Made by a program: the position numbers and the translations under genes. From Candidatus Sulfotelmatobacter sp. (lineage in GTDB: Bacteria; Acidobacteriota; Terriglobia; Terriglobales; Acidobacteriaceae): a stretch of 64,000 nt of DNA. Where the stretch lies: the NCBI GenBank assembly GCA_035277905.1, contig DATEJO010000036.1:8638-72637 (forward strand). The letters are read 5' to 3'. How positions within the stretch are numbered: the stretch's first letter is position 1; each line of letters starts with the position of its first letter. Below, in pieces: positions 10,126-18,837 of this stretch. The notes under the pieces are model-generated. The model did not search any database and was not told the origin of the DNA. It saw only the letters and a list, made by a program, of their open reading frames with translations.

Positions 10126-10189
10126 GAACCTCAGCGCAATCATGGAGATATTGATTTTAAAGCACTTATCGAGTTAGGAGGAGAGTTTT

Positions 10190-12124
10190 ATGGCAAAGAT
10201 TATTGGAATTGACCTCGGGACCACCAACTCCTGCGTCGCCGTCATGGAGGGTGGAGAGCCCAAGGTCATCGCAAACGAAGAAGGAGGGCGAACCACGCCT
10301 TCAGTAGTCGGATTCACCAAGACGGGAGAACGTCTGGTCGGGCAGGTCGCCAAGCGGCAGGCAATTACCAATCCTGAGAACACGGTGTATTCGATCAAGC
10401 GGTTCATGGGACGGCGCTTCGACGAAGTTCAGGAAGAGATCAAGATGGTGCCGTACAAGGTGGTCCGGCAGGGCGATCACGTCGCAGTCTTGGCGCAGGG
10501 CAAGGAATACACCCCGCCCCAGATCTCCGCACTCATTCTGCAGAAGCTGAAGAAAGCGGCGGAAGACTATCTCGGCGAGAAGGTGACCGAAGCAGTCATC
10601 ACCGTGCCCGCGTATTTCAACGATGCACAACGCCAGGCGACTAAAGATGCTGGACAGATTGCCGGCCTCGAAGTAAAGCGCATCATCAACGAGCCCACGG
10701 CGGCAGCTCTCGCCTACGGCCTCGACAAGGGTAAGGACGAGACGATCGCCGTGTATGACTTCGGCGGTGGAACATTCGATATTTCGATCCTCGAAGTCGG
10801 CGAAGGCGTGATCGAGGTGAAGGCCACCAATGGTGATACCCACCTCGGCGGCGACAACATCGACCAGCGCCTGGTGGATTGGCTCATCGACGAGTTCAAG
10901 AAGGACGAAGGCCTCGACCTTCGTGGCAAGGGCAATGAGATGGCCCTGCAGCGTCTGCGTGACGCGGCTGAGCGCGCCAAGATCGAGCTCTCGACCACGA
11001 TGGAGACCGAGATCAATCTGCCATTCATCACGGCGGATGCCAGCGGTCCCAAGCACCTGGTCAAGAAGCTGACCCGAGCCAAGCTGGAAGGCATGATCGA
11101 AGACATCATCCAGAAGTCCGTCGGTCCCTGCAAGCAGTGCATGAAAGATGCCGGCATCGACGCGAGCAAGATCAACGAGGTGGTGCTTGTCGGCGGACAG
11201 ACCCGCATGCCTCGCATCCAGCAGCTGGTGAAAGAGCTTTTCGGGCGCGAAGGCCATAAAGGCGTGAATCCGGACGAAGTCGTCGCAGTCGGTGCAGCGA
11301 TTCAGGGCGGCGTGCTCAAGGGCGAAGTGAAAGACCTGCTCCTGCTTGACGTGACCCCGCTGACATTGTCGATCGAGACGCTGGGCGGCGTATCCACGCC
11401 GATGATCCCGCGCAACACGACGATTCCGACCAAGAAGACCGAGACGTTCTCGACGGCAGCCGACAGCCAGACCTCGGTTGAAGTTCACGTGCTGCAGGGC
11501 GAACGACCGATGGCGGCGCAGAACCGCACGCTCGGCAAGTTCCACCTGACCGGAATTCCACCGGCACCTCGGGGCGTGCCGCAAATCGAAGTCACATTCG
11601 ACATCGATGCGAACGGCATCCTGAACGTGACCGCGAAAGATATGGCCACGAGCAAGGACCAGAAGATTACGATCACGTCGTCTTCCGGCCTGTCGAAGGA
11701 CGAAGTCGAGCGCATGGCGAAGGAAGCCGACGCCCATGCCGCCGAAGACAAGGCGCAGCGCGACTCAATCGAAGCCAAGAATCAGCTCGACTCGATGGTC
11801 TACAACATCGAGAAGATGCTGAAGGAGCACGGGGACAAGATTTCCGGCTCCGAGCGTGGCGACGTCGAGAACGCTCTGGCCGATGCCAAGAAGGCGCTCG
11901 AGTCCAACGACAAGTCGCAAATGGACAAGGCCCGCGAACAGATGACCGCAGCTTCGCACAAGCTGGCCGAGCAGATGTACAAAGCTGCTCAACCACAAGG
12001 CGGAGCACAGGCCGGACCGGGTCCGTCGGCTGGTGAAGGACCTCAGCCGGGCGGCGATGGTCAGGCCAAGAAAGATGAGGGCGTGATCGACGCAGAGTAC
12101 GTGGACGTCGAAGACAAAAAATAA
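10190..12124 (+). CDS. dnaK: Molecular chaperone DnaK (Hsp70)
   Basis: 644 aa beginning [18 protein letters not shown], with DLGGGTFD, a C-terminal acidic tail and EYVDVEDKK. An AGGAGG RBS lies upstream. Confidence 0.99.
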   Translation: MAKIIGIDLGTTNSCVAVMEGGEPKVIANEEGGRTTPSVVGFTKTGERLVGQVAKRQAITNPENTVYSIKRFMGRRFDEVQEEIKMVPYKVVRQGDHVAVLAQGKEYTPPQISALILQKLKKAAEDYLGEKVTEAVITVPAYFNDAQRQATKDAGQIAGLEVKRIINEPTAAALAYGLDKGKDETIAVYDFGGGTFDISILEVGEGVIEVKATNGDTHLGGDNIDQRLVDWLIDEFKKDEGLDLRGKGNEMALQRLRDAAERAKIELSTTMETEINLPFITADASGPKHLVKKLTRAKLEGMIEDIIQKSVGPCKQCMKDAGIDASKINEVVLVGGQTRMPRIQQLVKELFGREGHKGVNPDEVVAVGAAIQGGVLKGEVKDLLLLDVTPLTLSIETLGGVSTPMIPRNTTIPTKKTETFSTAADSQTSVEVHVLQGERPMAAQNRTLGKFHLTGIPPAPRGVPQIEVTFDIDANGILNVTAKDMATSKDQKITITSSSGLSKDEVERMAKEADAHAAEDKAQRDSIEAKNQLDSMVYNIEKMLKEHGDKISGSERGDVENALADAKKALESNDKSQMDKAREQMTAASHKLAEQMYKAAQPQGGAQAGPGPSAGEGPQPGGDGQAKKDEGVIDAEYVDVEDKK

Positions 12125-12135
12125 GCGAATTCCCG

Positions 12136-12208
12136 GCCACGGATCGTCACAGATTCACAGGGATAGAACCAGATCCGTGAAATCTGTTTAGATCCGTGGC
12201 AGGTTTTT
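12136..12208 (+). terminator. Intrinsic terminator / long composite hairpin after dnaK
   Basis: GCCACGGATC (12136-12145) pairs perfectly with GATCCGTGGC (12191-12200). Inner complementary segments are present (ACAGATTCAC / GTGAAATCTGT). A TTTTT run follows at 12204-12208. Confidence 0.6.
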
Positions 12209-12220
12209 GAGGGGGATCAA

Positions 12221-12403
12221 TTGGACTTCCAGGTCAACAACGAAACATATTTCTTAGGCCTCTCCGACGACGAGAGGCAATGGTTGCTGTATGTCGAAAC
12301 TCCGAGCGGAACGCGGCGGATTCCGGTTTATGAGGATGCGCCAGCAGCCGACGATGTGAAAGTCTTGATAGAAGACAGGCGGAAACGCAAGGTCGTAAAT
12401 TAA
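12221..12403 (+). CDS. Small hypothetical protein (60 aa, TTG start)
   Basis: ORF with a GAGGGGG RBS-like motif 5-6 nt upstream of the TTG at 12221. No family was recognised. It sits between dnaK and the hicBA pair. Confidence 0.4.
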   Translation: MDFQVNNETYFLGLSDDERQWLLYVETPSGTRRIPVYEDAPAADDVKVLIEDRRKRKVVN

Positions 12404-12531
12404 GGGTGGCGCGGGTATTCATGCTCGTGTCAGGGAATTTTCAAAGTAATAACGATAGTCGAACGAAGCTGAGGAAACATTCAGTCCGCCGACAACTGTC
12501 TGATAAACTCTCCGCGCGCGAGGTTCATTCC

Positions 12532-12741
12532 ATGCCAATCGGTACATTTACTGCAGTGATGCACAAAGAAGGCTCCCTCTACGTGGCGGAATGCCCGGAG
12601 ATCGGCACCGTCAGCCAAGGCGGTTCTATTGAGGAGGCCATTGCCAATCTCAAAGAAGCGACTGAGCTCTATTTGGAGGAATTTCCACCCGAGAATGCAG
12701 GCCCACCGCTAGTAACCGTCTTTGAGGCGCGGTATGCCTAA
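12532..12741 (+). CDS. hicB: Type II toxin-antitoxin system antitoxin, HicB family (UPF0150-like)
   Basis: MPIGTFTAVMHKEGSLYVAECPEIGTVSQGGSIEEAIANLKEATELYLEE is the classic HicB N-terminal fold signature. The internal ATG at 12532 is preferred to the ORF-track start at 12406. Its stop overlaps the hicA start by 8 nt. Confidence 0.8.
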   Translation: MPIGTFTAVMHKEGSLYVAECPEIGTVSQGGSIEEAIANLKEATELYLEEFPPENAGPPLVTVFEARYA

Positions 12742-12961
12742 ACTGCCCCGAGTGTCCGGGGCTGAGACCGTTCGCGCCCTCACGCGGCTGGGATTTGTGC
12801 AGGTTCGCCAACGCGGGAGTCATGTTGTTCTCAAGCGAACGGGATCAAGCGGAGTCAGGGGATGCGTCGTTCCGATGCACTCGGAACTCGCGACCGGCAC
12901 ATTGCGTGGCGTACTGAAGCAGGCAGGGGTCTCAGTAGAAGAATTTATGCAGCAGCTTTGA
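12734..12961 (+). CDS. hicA: Type II toxin-antitoxin system toxin, HicA family (mRNA interferase)
   Basis: MPKLPRVSGAETVRALTRLGFVQVRQRGSHVVLKR...VVPMHSELATGTLRGVLKQAGVSVEEF matches the HicA/YcfA signature, including the conserved GSH. The ATG at 12734 is preferred to the TTG at 12722. Confidence 0.85.
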   Translation: MPKLPRVSGAETVRALTRLGFVQVRQRGSHVVLKRTGSSGVRGCVVPMHSELATGTLRGVLKQAGVSVEEFMQQL

Positions 12962-13006
12962 AGATGGCTGCTCTTCGGGGCAAGAATTAAGTATCGCTAT
13001 AAAGAA

Positions 13007-14263
13007 ATGCCAGCAACGACGAAAAGAGATTATTACGAGATTCTCGGCGTTAAGAAGTCCTCTTCCGCCGAGGAGATCCGCAAAGCCTTCCGCAAGCTCG
13101 CGCGCAAATATCATCCTGACGTCAATCCCGGAGACAAGTCGGCCGAAGAGAAATTCAAGGGCATCTCCGAGGCCAACGAAGTTCTGAGCGATCCAAAGAA
13201 GCGCAAGATTTACGACCAGGTCGGCTTCTACTCCGATAACATCGATCCCGCGGCCGCTGAGGCTTATGCTCGCGGCGGCGCGACCGGAGCGGGCGGATTC
13301 GGCGGCTTTCCAGGGGGGGTCCCCGGCGGTGCGCAACAGCAAGGCGGTCAGGGCGGAGTTCACTTCGATTTCGGCGGATTCGACTTCTCCGATTTCATGG
13401 GCAATGCCGGGCGCGCGCAGAAACCCTCCGGTGGCGCTAGTGGCAGCGGCAGTTTCCGCGATATCTTCTCTGGAATTTTCGGAGGCGGACGCGGCGCGGC
13501 TGGCTCTGAAGAAGGCCCCGAACCGGGCACCGATCTCGAATATCAAGTGAACGTGCCATTCTGGACGGCGATTCGCGGCGGTGTCATGCGCCTGAACATC
13601 ACCCGCCAGGACGTTTGCCCGCAATGTCACGGCCAAGGCGCGCTCGAAGCTCCCGGCAAATGCCCTGAGTGCAATGGCACCGGCCAGATCACGCAAACCG
13701 GCGGCCGCATGAAGTTCAACGTGCAGTGTCCGCGCTGCCATGGGACTGGAAAGAATTTGACGACCTGTCCGACCTGCCACGGAGATGGCACAGTCACCCA
13801 TACCGAACCGCTGGAGGTTCGCATTAAAGCGGGGACGCGCGACGGCCAGCGTATTCGCCTTCCAGGCAAGGGAAATGCTGGTGCTCATGGGGGAACACCA
13901 GGCGACCTTTACGCGATCATCCGCGCCGGCGACCATCCAATCTTCCATCGCGATGGGGACGATATTTCACTGACAGTCCCGGTGAGCGCGTCGGAAGCGG
14001 CCCTGGGATCGAAGATTGAAGTGCCAACCATCGACGGCCGAGCCTTGCTGAAGATTCCTCCGGGTACGCAGTCCGGCCAGAAACTCCGTCTACGCGAAAA
14101 GGGAGTTCCCTCCGCAACTAGAGAAGGCGTTCGCGGCGATGAGATCGTCGAAGTCACGGTGACCGTTCCTATGCCTCGCGATGAGCGCACGAAAGAACTC
14201 CTTCGCGAGCTAGCCAAGCTAAATCCCGAAGATCCCCGCGCCGATTTGTGGACCAAGGTATAG
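13007..14263 (+). CDS. dnaJ: Molecular chaperone DnaJ (Hsp40)
   Basis: J-domain with HPD ([10 protein letters not shown]), a G/F-rich linker and four CxxCxGxG zinc-finger repeats ([32 protein letters not shown]). Confidence 0.97.
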   Translation: MPATTKRDYYEILGVKKSSSAEEIRKAFRKLARKYHPDVNPGDKSAEEKFKGISEANEVLSDPKKRKIYDQVGFYSDNIDPAAAEAYARGGATGAGGFGGFPGGVPGGAQQQGGQGGVHFDFGGFDFSDFMGNAGRAQKPSGGASGSGSFRDIFSGIFGGGRGAAGSEEGPEPGTDLEYQVNVPFWTAIRGGVMRLNITRQDVCPQCHGQGALEAPGKCPECNGTGQITQTGGRMKFNVQCPRCHGTGKNLTTCPTCHGDGTVTHTEPLEVRIKAGTRDGQRIRLPGKGNAGAHGGTPGDLYAIIRAGDHPIFHRDGDDISLTVPVSASEAALGSKIEVPTIDGRALLKIPPGTQSGQKLRLREKGVPSATREGVRGDEIVEVTVTVPMPRDERTKELLRELAKLNPEDPRADLWTKV

Positions 14264-14316
14264 TTGGTCTCACTTGATTCCAGAACTCCCTCAACAGCCA
14301 TCTTGAGAATTAACAG

Positions 14317-15195
14317 ATGAAAGGTCGGGCTTTGGTCCTTGGCGGAGGTGGGGTTGCGGGAATTGCCTGGATGACGGGCCTGCTGCTCGGGCTCAGCGAA
14401 CAAAATGTCGACTTGCGCCAGGCCGACTTGACCATTGGGACTTCCGCCGGAGCTACCCTCGGTGCTCAGCTTGGTAGCGCGGCAACGCTCGAAGATTTGT
14501 TTCATCGCATGGTGAAACCCTCCGCAGAAGGGCGAGAGATCACACCCGATCCGCAGCTGCTTGAATCATTCCAGAAGGCACGTTCAATGTTCTCCTTGAT
14601 CGAGGATCGTACAGAGCGAATCCGCCAAATCGGAAAGTGGGCTCTCGAAACGAGAACGGTCCCCGAATCAGAGCGACGCAAAGTCGTGGAAGCCCGCCTG
14701 CCGGTCAACACTTGGCCCGGTCATGCTCTGAGGATTGTGGCAATCGATGCGGAGTCCGGCGAAACTCACGTCTTAGACCGAAACTCCGGAGTGGATCTGG
14801 TCGACGCAGTAGCCGCCAGTTGCGCAGTGCCGGGCATTTGGCCCCCAGTGACTATCAACCGTCGCCGCTACATCGACGGAGGTGTTCGCTCTGCGGAGAA
14901 TACCGACCTGGCGAAGGGTTACGCCCGCATTGCGATTCTCTCACCGATGGGCACGACGCTTCCGCGAATCGGCGGATTCGGCCTGAACGAGCAGATCGAA
15001 ATACTTCAGCAGGCCGGCGGGCAAACCTACCTGATCACCCCCGACGCGAAATCGCGAAGGGCTATTGGACTGAATCCGCTGTCTCCGGAAACTCGCCGCC
15101 CGGCGGCCAAAGCTGGACGCGGACAAGGCCGGCGCATTGCCGGGGAGTTCGCAGAGTTCTGGACCGGCGGGCCCGCGAACGACCCGTCGGCTTGA
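14317..15195 (+). CDS. Patatin-like phospholipase family protein
   Basis: N-terminal oxyanion motif LVLGGGGVAGIAW, nucleophile elbow GTSAGA and a downstream DGG motif (YIDGGV). Confidence 0.85.
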   Translation: MKGRALVLGGGGVAGIAWMTGLLLGLSEQNVDLRQADLTIGTSAGATLGAQLGSAATLEDLFHRMVKPSAEGREITPDPQLLESFQKARSMFSLIEDRTERIRQIGKWALETRTVPESERRKVVEARLPVNTWPGHALRIVAIDAESGETHVLDRNSGVDLVDAVAASCAVPGIWPPVTINRRRYIDGGVRSAENTDLAKGYARIAILSPMGTTLPRIGGFGLNEQIEILQQAGGQTYLITPDAKSRRAIGLNPLSPETRRPAAKAGRGQGRRIAGEFAEFWTGGPANDPSA

Positions 15196-15313
15196 TTGAC
15201 TCAGTCAGCTCAGTCTACGCAACGTGGCATTACTCCCGTACCACGTCTCCCGCTTAAAAAAATTTTCCCGATTAGGGCAAAAAACTATTGCATCTGTGGA
15301 AAATTCTCGTAAT

Positions 15314-15406
15314 CTCACTACTGCGAACTAACTCCGCCGAAATGCCCGGGAAATCGCTGGATCCCGGGAGCCGCGAGACGAAAGTCAAGGGAGACGCGGT
15401 GGTGAG
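15314..15406 (+). promoter_or_regulatory. Structured 5' leader (candidate cis-regulatory RNA) upstream of APC permease
   Basis: CUCACUACUGCG (15314-15325) pairs with CGCGGUGGUGAG (15395-15406): 12 bp including 2 G-U. This closes a ~69-nt insert containing the hairpin CCCGGGA(15345-51)/UCCCGGG(15362-68). CCGCG (15371-75) can pair alternatively with CGCGG (15395-99). The RBS GGAGG (15421-25) lies just downstream. Confidence 0.35.
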
Positions 15407-15437
15407 AGTGAGTCGCTCAGGGAGGCAGCCATAGAAA

Positions 15438-16844
15438 TTGGCAACAGCTAGCGCGCAACGTCCAGAAACTTCCCAGTCCCTCACCGTCGTCCCCAACCGG
15501 AAGAAATTCGTCCGCCTCACGCTTTGGCCCCTGGTCGCCGCCACCTTCTTTATGGTGTCGGGCGGAACCTATGGCACTGAAGACATCGTGCACGGCGCCG
15601 GTTACGGACGCGCCATCCTGATCTTGCTAATCACGCCGTTGCTCTGGAGCTTACCCACGGCTTTCATGATTGGTGAACTTTCGAGCGCGCTGCCCTTCGA
15701 AGGCGGATACTACGCCTGGGTACGGCGCGCCATGGGCAATTTCTGGGGATTTCAGGAAGCGTGGCTCTCGCTCATCGCGTCCATTTTCGACATGGCGATC
15801 TACCCCACACTGTTTGTCGCCTATCTCACTCGAATGTTCCCGTGGTTTCAGGAAGGTAATCGCGGTTGGTGGGTCGCGCTGGCCGTGGTCGTGGCTTGCG
15901 CTCTGCTCAATATTGCCGGAGTCAAAGTCGTCTCCTTGACCTCTCTCTGGCTGTTTCTGGCGCTTTCCGCACCGTTCATAGCGGTTGTTTTGTTGGCTCC
16001 GTTCAAACTCGGGGCACTGGCGAACGCGGTAACGAAACCGACAACTTCGACCGTCGACATTCTCGGCGGACTGCTCATCTGCATGTGGAACTACATGGGG
16101 TGGGACAATGCTTCGACGATCGCCACCGAAGTCGAGCGCCCGCAGCGGACGTATCCGCGGGCGATGCTGGCCGCAGTCTGCATTGTGGCGGTCAGCTATG
16201 TAGTGCCCTTCGCCGCGATGTGGGCGACCGGACTGAAATCGACGGCTTGGGAAACCGGATCCTGGGCAGATATTGCCGCATTGATGGGTGGTCCGCTGCT
16301 CCGGATTGGCGTTGTGCTTGGCGGTATGATCAGCGGATTCGGCATGTTCAATGCGCTCGTCATGAGCTACTCACGCCTGCCTCTTGCGATGGCGCAAGAT
16401 GGCATGCTGCCGAAGGTCTTCGGCAAACTGCATCCCAAATCGAAGGCCCCGTGGGTAGCGATTGTTGCCCTGGCATTTGGCTGGGCGTTGTGTCTGGGCC
16501 TCGGCTTCGCCCGGCTTGTAACGCTGGATATTCTTCTCTACGGCGGCAGCCTGGCGCTCGAGTTCATCGCGCTGATCGTGCTTCGTTTCCGGGAGCCGAA
16601 CCTTACTCGTCCATTCAAAGTACCGGGAGGCTTGCCAGGTGCTATCGCCATTGGCATCCCGCCTGTGCTGCTGTTGACCTTCTCGGTCATCCGCAGCGAA
16701 CATGAATCCATCTTGGGCATGAGCTCATTTGCCTTCGGAATGATCCTGATCGCCGCAGGCGTTGTCGCCTATTTCGTCAACCGGGCACTGAAGCCGGAAG
16801 GATGGTCGGTACCGGCATCCGAGAAACCTCAACCCGCCTCGTAA
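15438..16844 (+). CDS. APC-superfamily amino acid/polyamine permease
   Basis: 468 aa with ~12 TM segments. The N-terminal region ...FFMVSGGTYGTEDIV... is typical of APC transporters. The TTG start at 15438 is the first start after an in-frame stop at 15432-15434. Confidence 0.88.
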   Translation: MATASAQRPETSQSLTVVPNRKKFVRLTLWPLVAATFFMVSGGTYGTEDIVHGAGYGRAILILLITPLLWSLPTAFMIGELSSALPFEGGYYAWVRRAMGNFWGFQEAWLSLIASIFDMAIYPTLFVAYLTRMFPWFQEGNRGWWVALAVVVACALLNIAGVKVVSLTSLWLFLALSAPFIAVVLLAPFKLGALANAVTKPTTSTVDILGGLLICMWNYMGWDNASTIATEVERPQRTYPRAMLAAVCIVAVSYVVPFAAMWATGLKSTAWETGSWADIAALMGGPLLRIGVVLGGMISGFGMFNALVMSYSRLPLAMAQDGMLPKVFGKLHPKSKAPWVAIVALAFGWALCLGLGFARLVTLDILLYGGSLALEFIALIVLRFREPNLTRPFKVPGGLPGAIAIGIPPVLLLTFSVIRSEHESILGMSSFAFGMILIAAGVVAYFVNRALKPEGWSVPASEKPQPAS

Positions 16845-16862
16845 ACTAAAGCCACAAATTTG

Positions 16863-16908
16863 CACGGATTTATCCGAATCTTCGGAATCGGTAAGAAATC
16901 CGTGTTTA
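16863..16908 (+). terminator. Intrinsic terminator after permease gene
   Basis: CACGGATTT (16863-16871) pairs perfectly with AAATCCGTG (16896-16904), followed by TTTAT. Confidence 0.6.
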
Positions 16909-16944
16909 TCCTTGACCATTTTGTTTCTGCTATAAATATCTCGA

Positions 16945-17340
16945 ATGACGAAGCGTAAATCCAAGGGCGCCTACATGATCTCGACTGTGGCCGAGATGTA
17001 CGGCATTCATCCTCAAACCCTGCGGCTTTATGAGCGTGAAGGGTTGCTCAAACCTTCGCGGACCGAAGGCAATACGCGGCTCTATACCGACGAAGATCTC
17101 CAGCGGCTGGAATTCATCTTGTCGCTGGCACGTGACCTGGGCGTGAACATCGCGGGAATGGCGATCATCTTGCAAATGCGCGAGCGAATGGAAGAAATGC
17201 AGCGCCAGATACAGGAATTCGTGCAATACATCCAGCAGGAAGTATTGACACGTGCGACGGCCGCGGCAGATCCGTCAAAAGGCGCGATCGTTCCCGTCAG
17301 GCGGCCGGTAGTCGCGCCTGAGCAGCCGAAAAGACGATAA
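16945..17340 (+). CDS. hspR: MerR-family transcriptional regulator, HspR-like heat-shock repressor
   Basis: The MerR HTH (ISTVAEMYGIHPQTLRLYEREGLLKPSRTEGNTRLYTDEDLQRLEFI) is very similar to what I recall of HspR proteins. It is followed by a coiled-coil-like region. Confidence 0.75.
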   Translation: MTKRKSKGAYMISTVAEMYGIHPQTLRLYEREGLLKPSRTEGNTRLYTDEDLQRLEFILSLARDLGVNIAGMAIILQMRERMEEMQRQIQEFVQYIQQEVLTRATAAADPSKGAIVPVRRPVVAPEQPKRR

Positions 17341-17474
17341 CGCGTACGATCTCGTTGCGAGAACACCTTCAGAACCGCGGCAGCCGGCGCTCGATCATCC
17401 AATCCGGGTATCATAATCAGTCGCGGTTTCCATCGATTGAATGCTGACTGCACAGTTCTGGCTGCTCGTACCCA

Positions 17475-18467
17475 ATGCTCCCTTTCAAGCTCATTTACAG
17501 TGACGCGTATTACCTGCCCATCGGCAGTCATGTCTTTCCCGCAGAGAAGTACCGCCTTATTCACGATCGGCTGATTGAAACCGGCATTGCCGAGCCCGGC
17601 GATTTTCTCGAGCCCGAACCGGCAAACGATCGCGACATTCTTCTCGTTCACCGTCCCGATTACGTGCAGAAGTTGAAATCCGGCACGCTTAGCCAGCGCG
17701 AAGAAATGGAAATGGAGATTCCCTATTCGCGCGATCTGGTTGAGGCGTTCTGGCTCGCTGCCGGTGGATCGATTCTGGCCACCCGCCGCGCTCTCGAAGA
17801 CAAGGTCGCGATCAATATTGGCGGAGGATTCCATCATGCTTTTCCCGATCACGGGGAAGGATTCTGCATGATCCACGACGTGGCAGTCGCAATTCGGCGA
17901 TTGCAGCGCGACGACAAGATTCGCACGGCCATGACCGTGGATTGCGATGTCCACCAGGGCAATGGAACCGCAGCGATTTTCGCGGGAACACGAACGGAGA
18001 GTGTGCCGCTGCCCTCGGTCGCGGGATCGACTTTAAACCCGGGTCGTCCGCCGCGCATGCACGGTGCCCACGCCGGAGATGTGTTCACGATTTCGCTGCA
18101 TCAGCACAATAACTATCCCTTGTACAAACCGCCGTCCTCGATTGATGTCGACCTGCCTGATGGCATCGGAGACGACGACTACCTCGCGTGGCTCGATAAT
18201 GCCCTCAGTTCCGGCCTTCGCCAGTTTGAGCCCGACTTGATCTGCTACATCGCCGGAGCAGACCCTTATCGCGAAGATCAACTCGGAGGACTTGACCTGA
18301 CGATCGAGGGACTCAAGAAGCGCGACGCATTAGTCTTCAAGGTTGCGCGGGCCAGAGATGTTCCAGTAATGGTGACTTATGCAGGCGGATACGCGCAAAA
18401 AGTCGAAGACACTGTCACGATTCATAGCAACACCATCGTCGCCGCCAAGGAAGTCTTCAGTTCCTAG
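17475..18467 (+). CDS. Histone deacetylase-family (arginase-fold) deacetylase
   Basis: Motifs GGGFHHAFPDHGEGFC and VDCDVHQGNGTA (metal and charge-relay residues), and YAGGY near the C-terminus. It contains an apparent ~30-aa insertion (17988-18077). Confidence 0.9.
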   Translation: MLPFKLIYSDAYYLPIGSHVFPAEKYRLIHDRLIETGIAEPGDFLEPEPANDRDILLVHRPDYVQKLKSGTLSQREEMEMEIPYSRDLVEAFWLAAGGSILATRRALEDKVAINIGGGFHHAFPDHGEGFCMIHDVAVAIRRLQRDDKIRTAMTVDCDVHQGNGTAAIFAGTRTESVPLPSVAGSTLNPGRPPRMHGAHAGDVFTISLHQHNNYPLYKPPSSIDVDLPDGIGDDDYLAWLDNALSSGLRQFEPDLICYIAGADPYREDQLGGLDLTIEGLKKRDALVFKVARARDVPVMVTYAGGYAQKVEDTVTIHSNTIVAAKEVFSS

Positions 18468-18540
18468 CGAATTCTCCAACAGCCTCGAGGAGTTCGTTTA
18501 AAGTCGGTCTCCATTCCGTCTTTTTTTGCATCTGATCTTA

Positions 18541-18690
18541 GTGCCGCCAAAAGAAATTCCGAATTCCAGCTATTTTTTTCGTATTCCATCCGACCCGGCC
18601 CCGCCACCAGTGCGCGAGCCCGAGAACCCACCGGAGAATCCTGATGCTCCGGTGCGCGAACCAGAACCCGCTGTACCCAGTCAAATTTGA
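18541..18690 (+). CDS. Possible proline-rich mini-protein (49 aa, GTG start)
   Basis: Not in the ORF track (under 60 aa). It contains two copies of P-V-R-E-P-E whose DNA copies differ only at synonymous third positions (cca gtg cgc gag ccc gag versus ccg gtg cgc gaa cca gaa). No clear RBS. Confidence 0.2.
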   Translation: MPPKEIPNSSYFFRIPSDPAPPPVREPENPPENPDAPVREPEPAVPSQI

Positions 18691-18837
18691 ACCGTTCTCC
18701 GTCCTTTTACGCACGCCTTCGATACAGTGAACTGCCGATTGCTACCCGGGCAGCACGGAACCATACTCATCACGCGTAAGTGAGTAATCAAATTGGCCTG
18801 TCCGAGGCCTGAGCACAAGGCATTCTAAGGAGAGCGC

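Noticed and set aside
10150-10189. A CIRCE-like element (TTAGCACTC-N9-GAGTGCTAA) near the dnaK RBS, suggested by AGCACTTATCGAGTTAG.
   Set aside because: Only fragments of each arm match, and no proper 9-bp inverted repeat can be formed.
10301-11737. A 478-aa antisense ORF inside dnaK. Similar long antisense ORFs occur inside dnaJ (12932..13948), the rSAM gene (31810..32682), panB (55406..56266), ilvD (54593..55312) and others.
   Set aside because: These are shadow ORFs typical of GC-rich coding DNA. They are Arg/His/Leu-rich translations with no recognisable motifs, and they fully overlap genes with unambiguous identities on the other strand.
15250-15437. Assignment of the permease leader to a known riboswitch class (glycine, lysine, glutamine, guanidine/ykkC) or to RNase P/SRP-like RNA because of the GAAAGUCAAGG and CUCAGG strings.
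   Set aside because: The conserved cores I remember (for example GGAGAG...CACCGAAGGGGCAA for glycine, GAAAGUCCGG for RNase P) are not present. Only generic structure is claimed.
12136-16908. A possible REP-like repeat family, considered because the terminator hairpins after dnaK (GCCACGGATC...GATCCGTGGC) and after the permease (CACGGATTT...AAATCCGTG) share a CACGGAT/ATCCGTG core.
   Set aside because: There are only two occurrences and only a 7-nt shared core in this window, which is insufficient to call a repeat family. It would need a genome-wide count.
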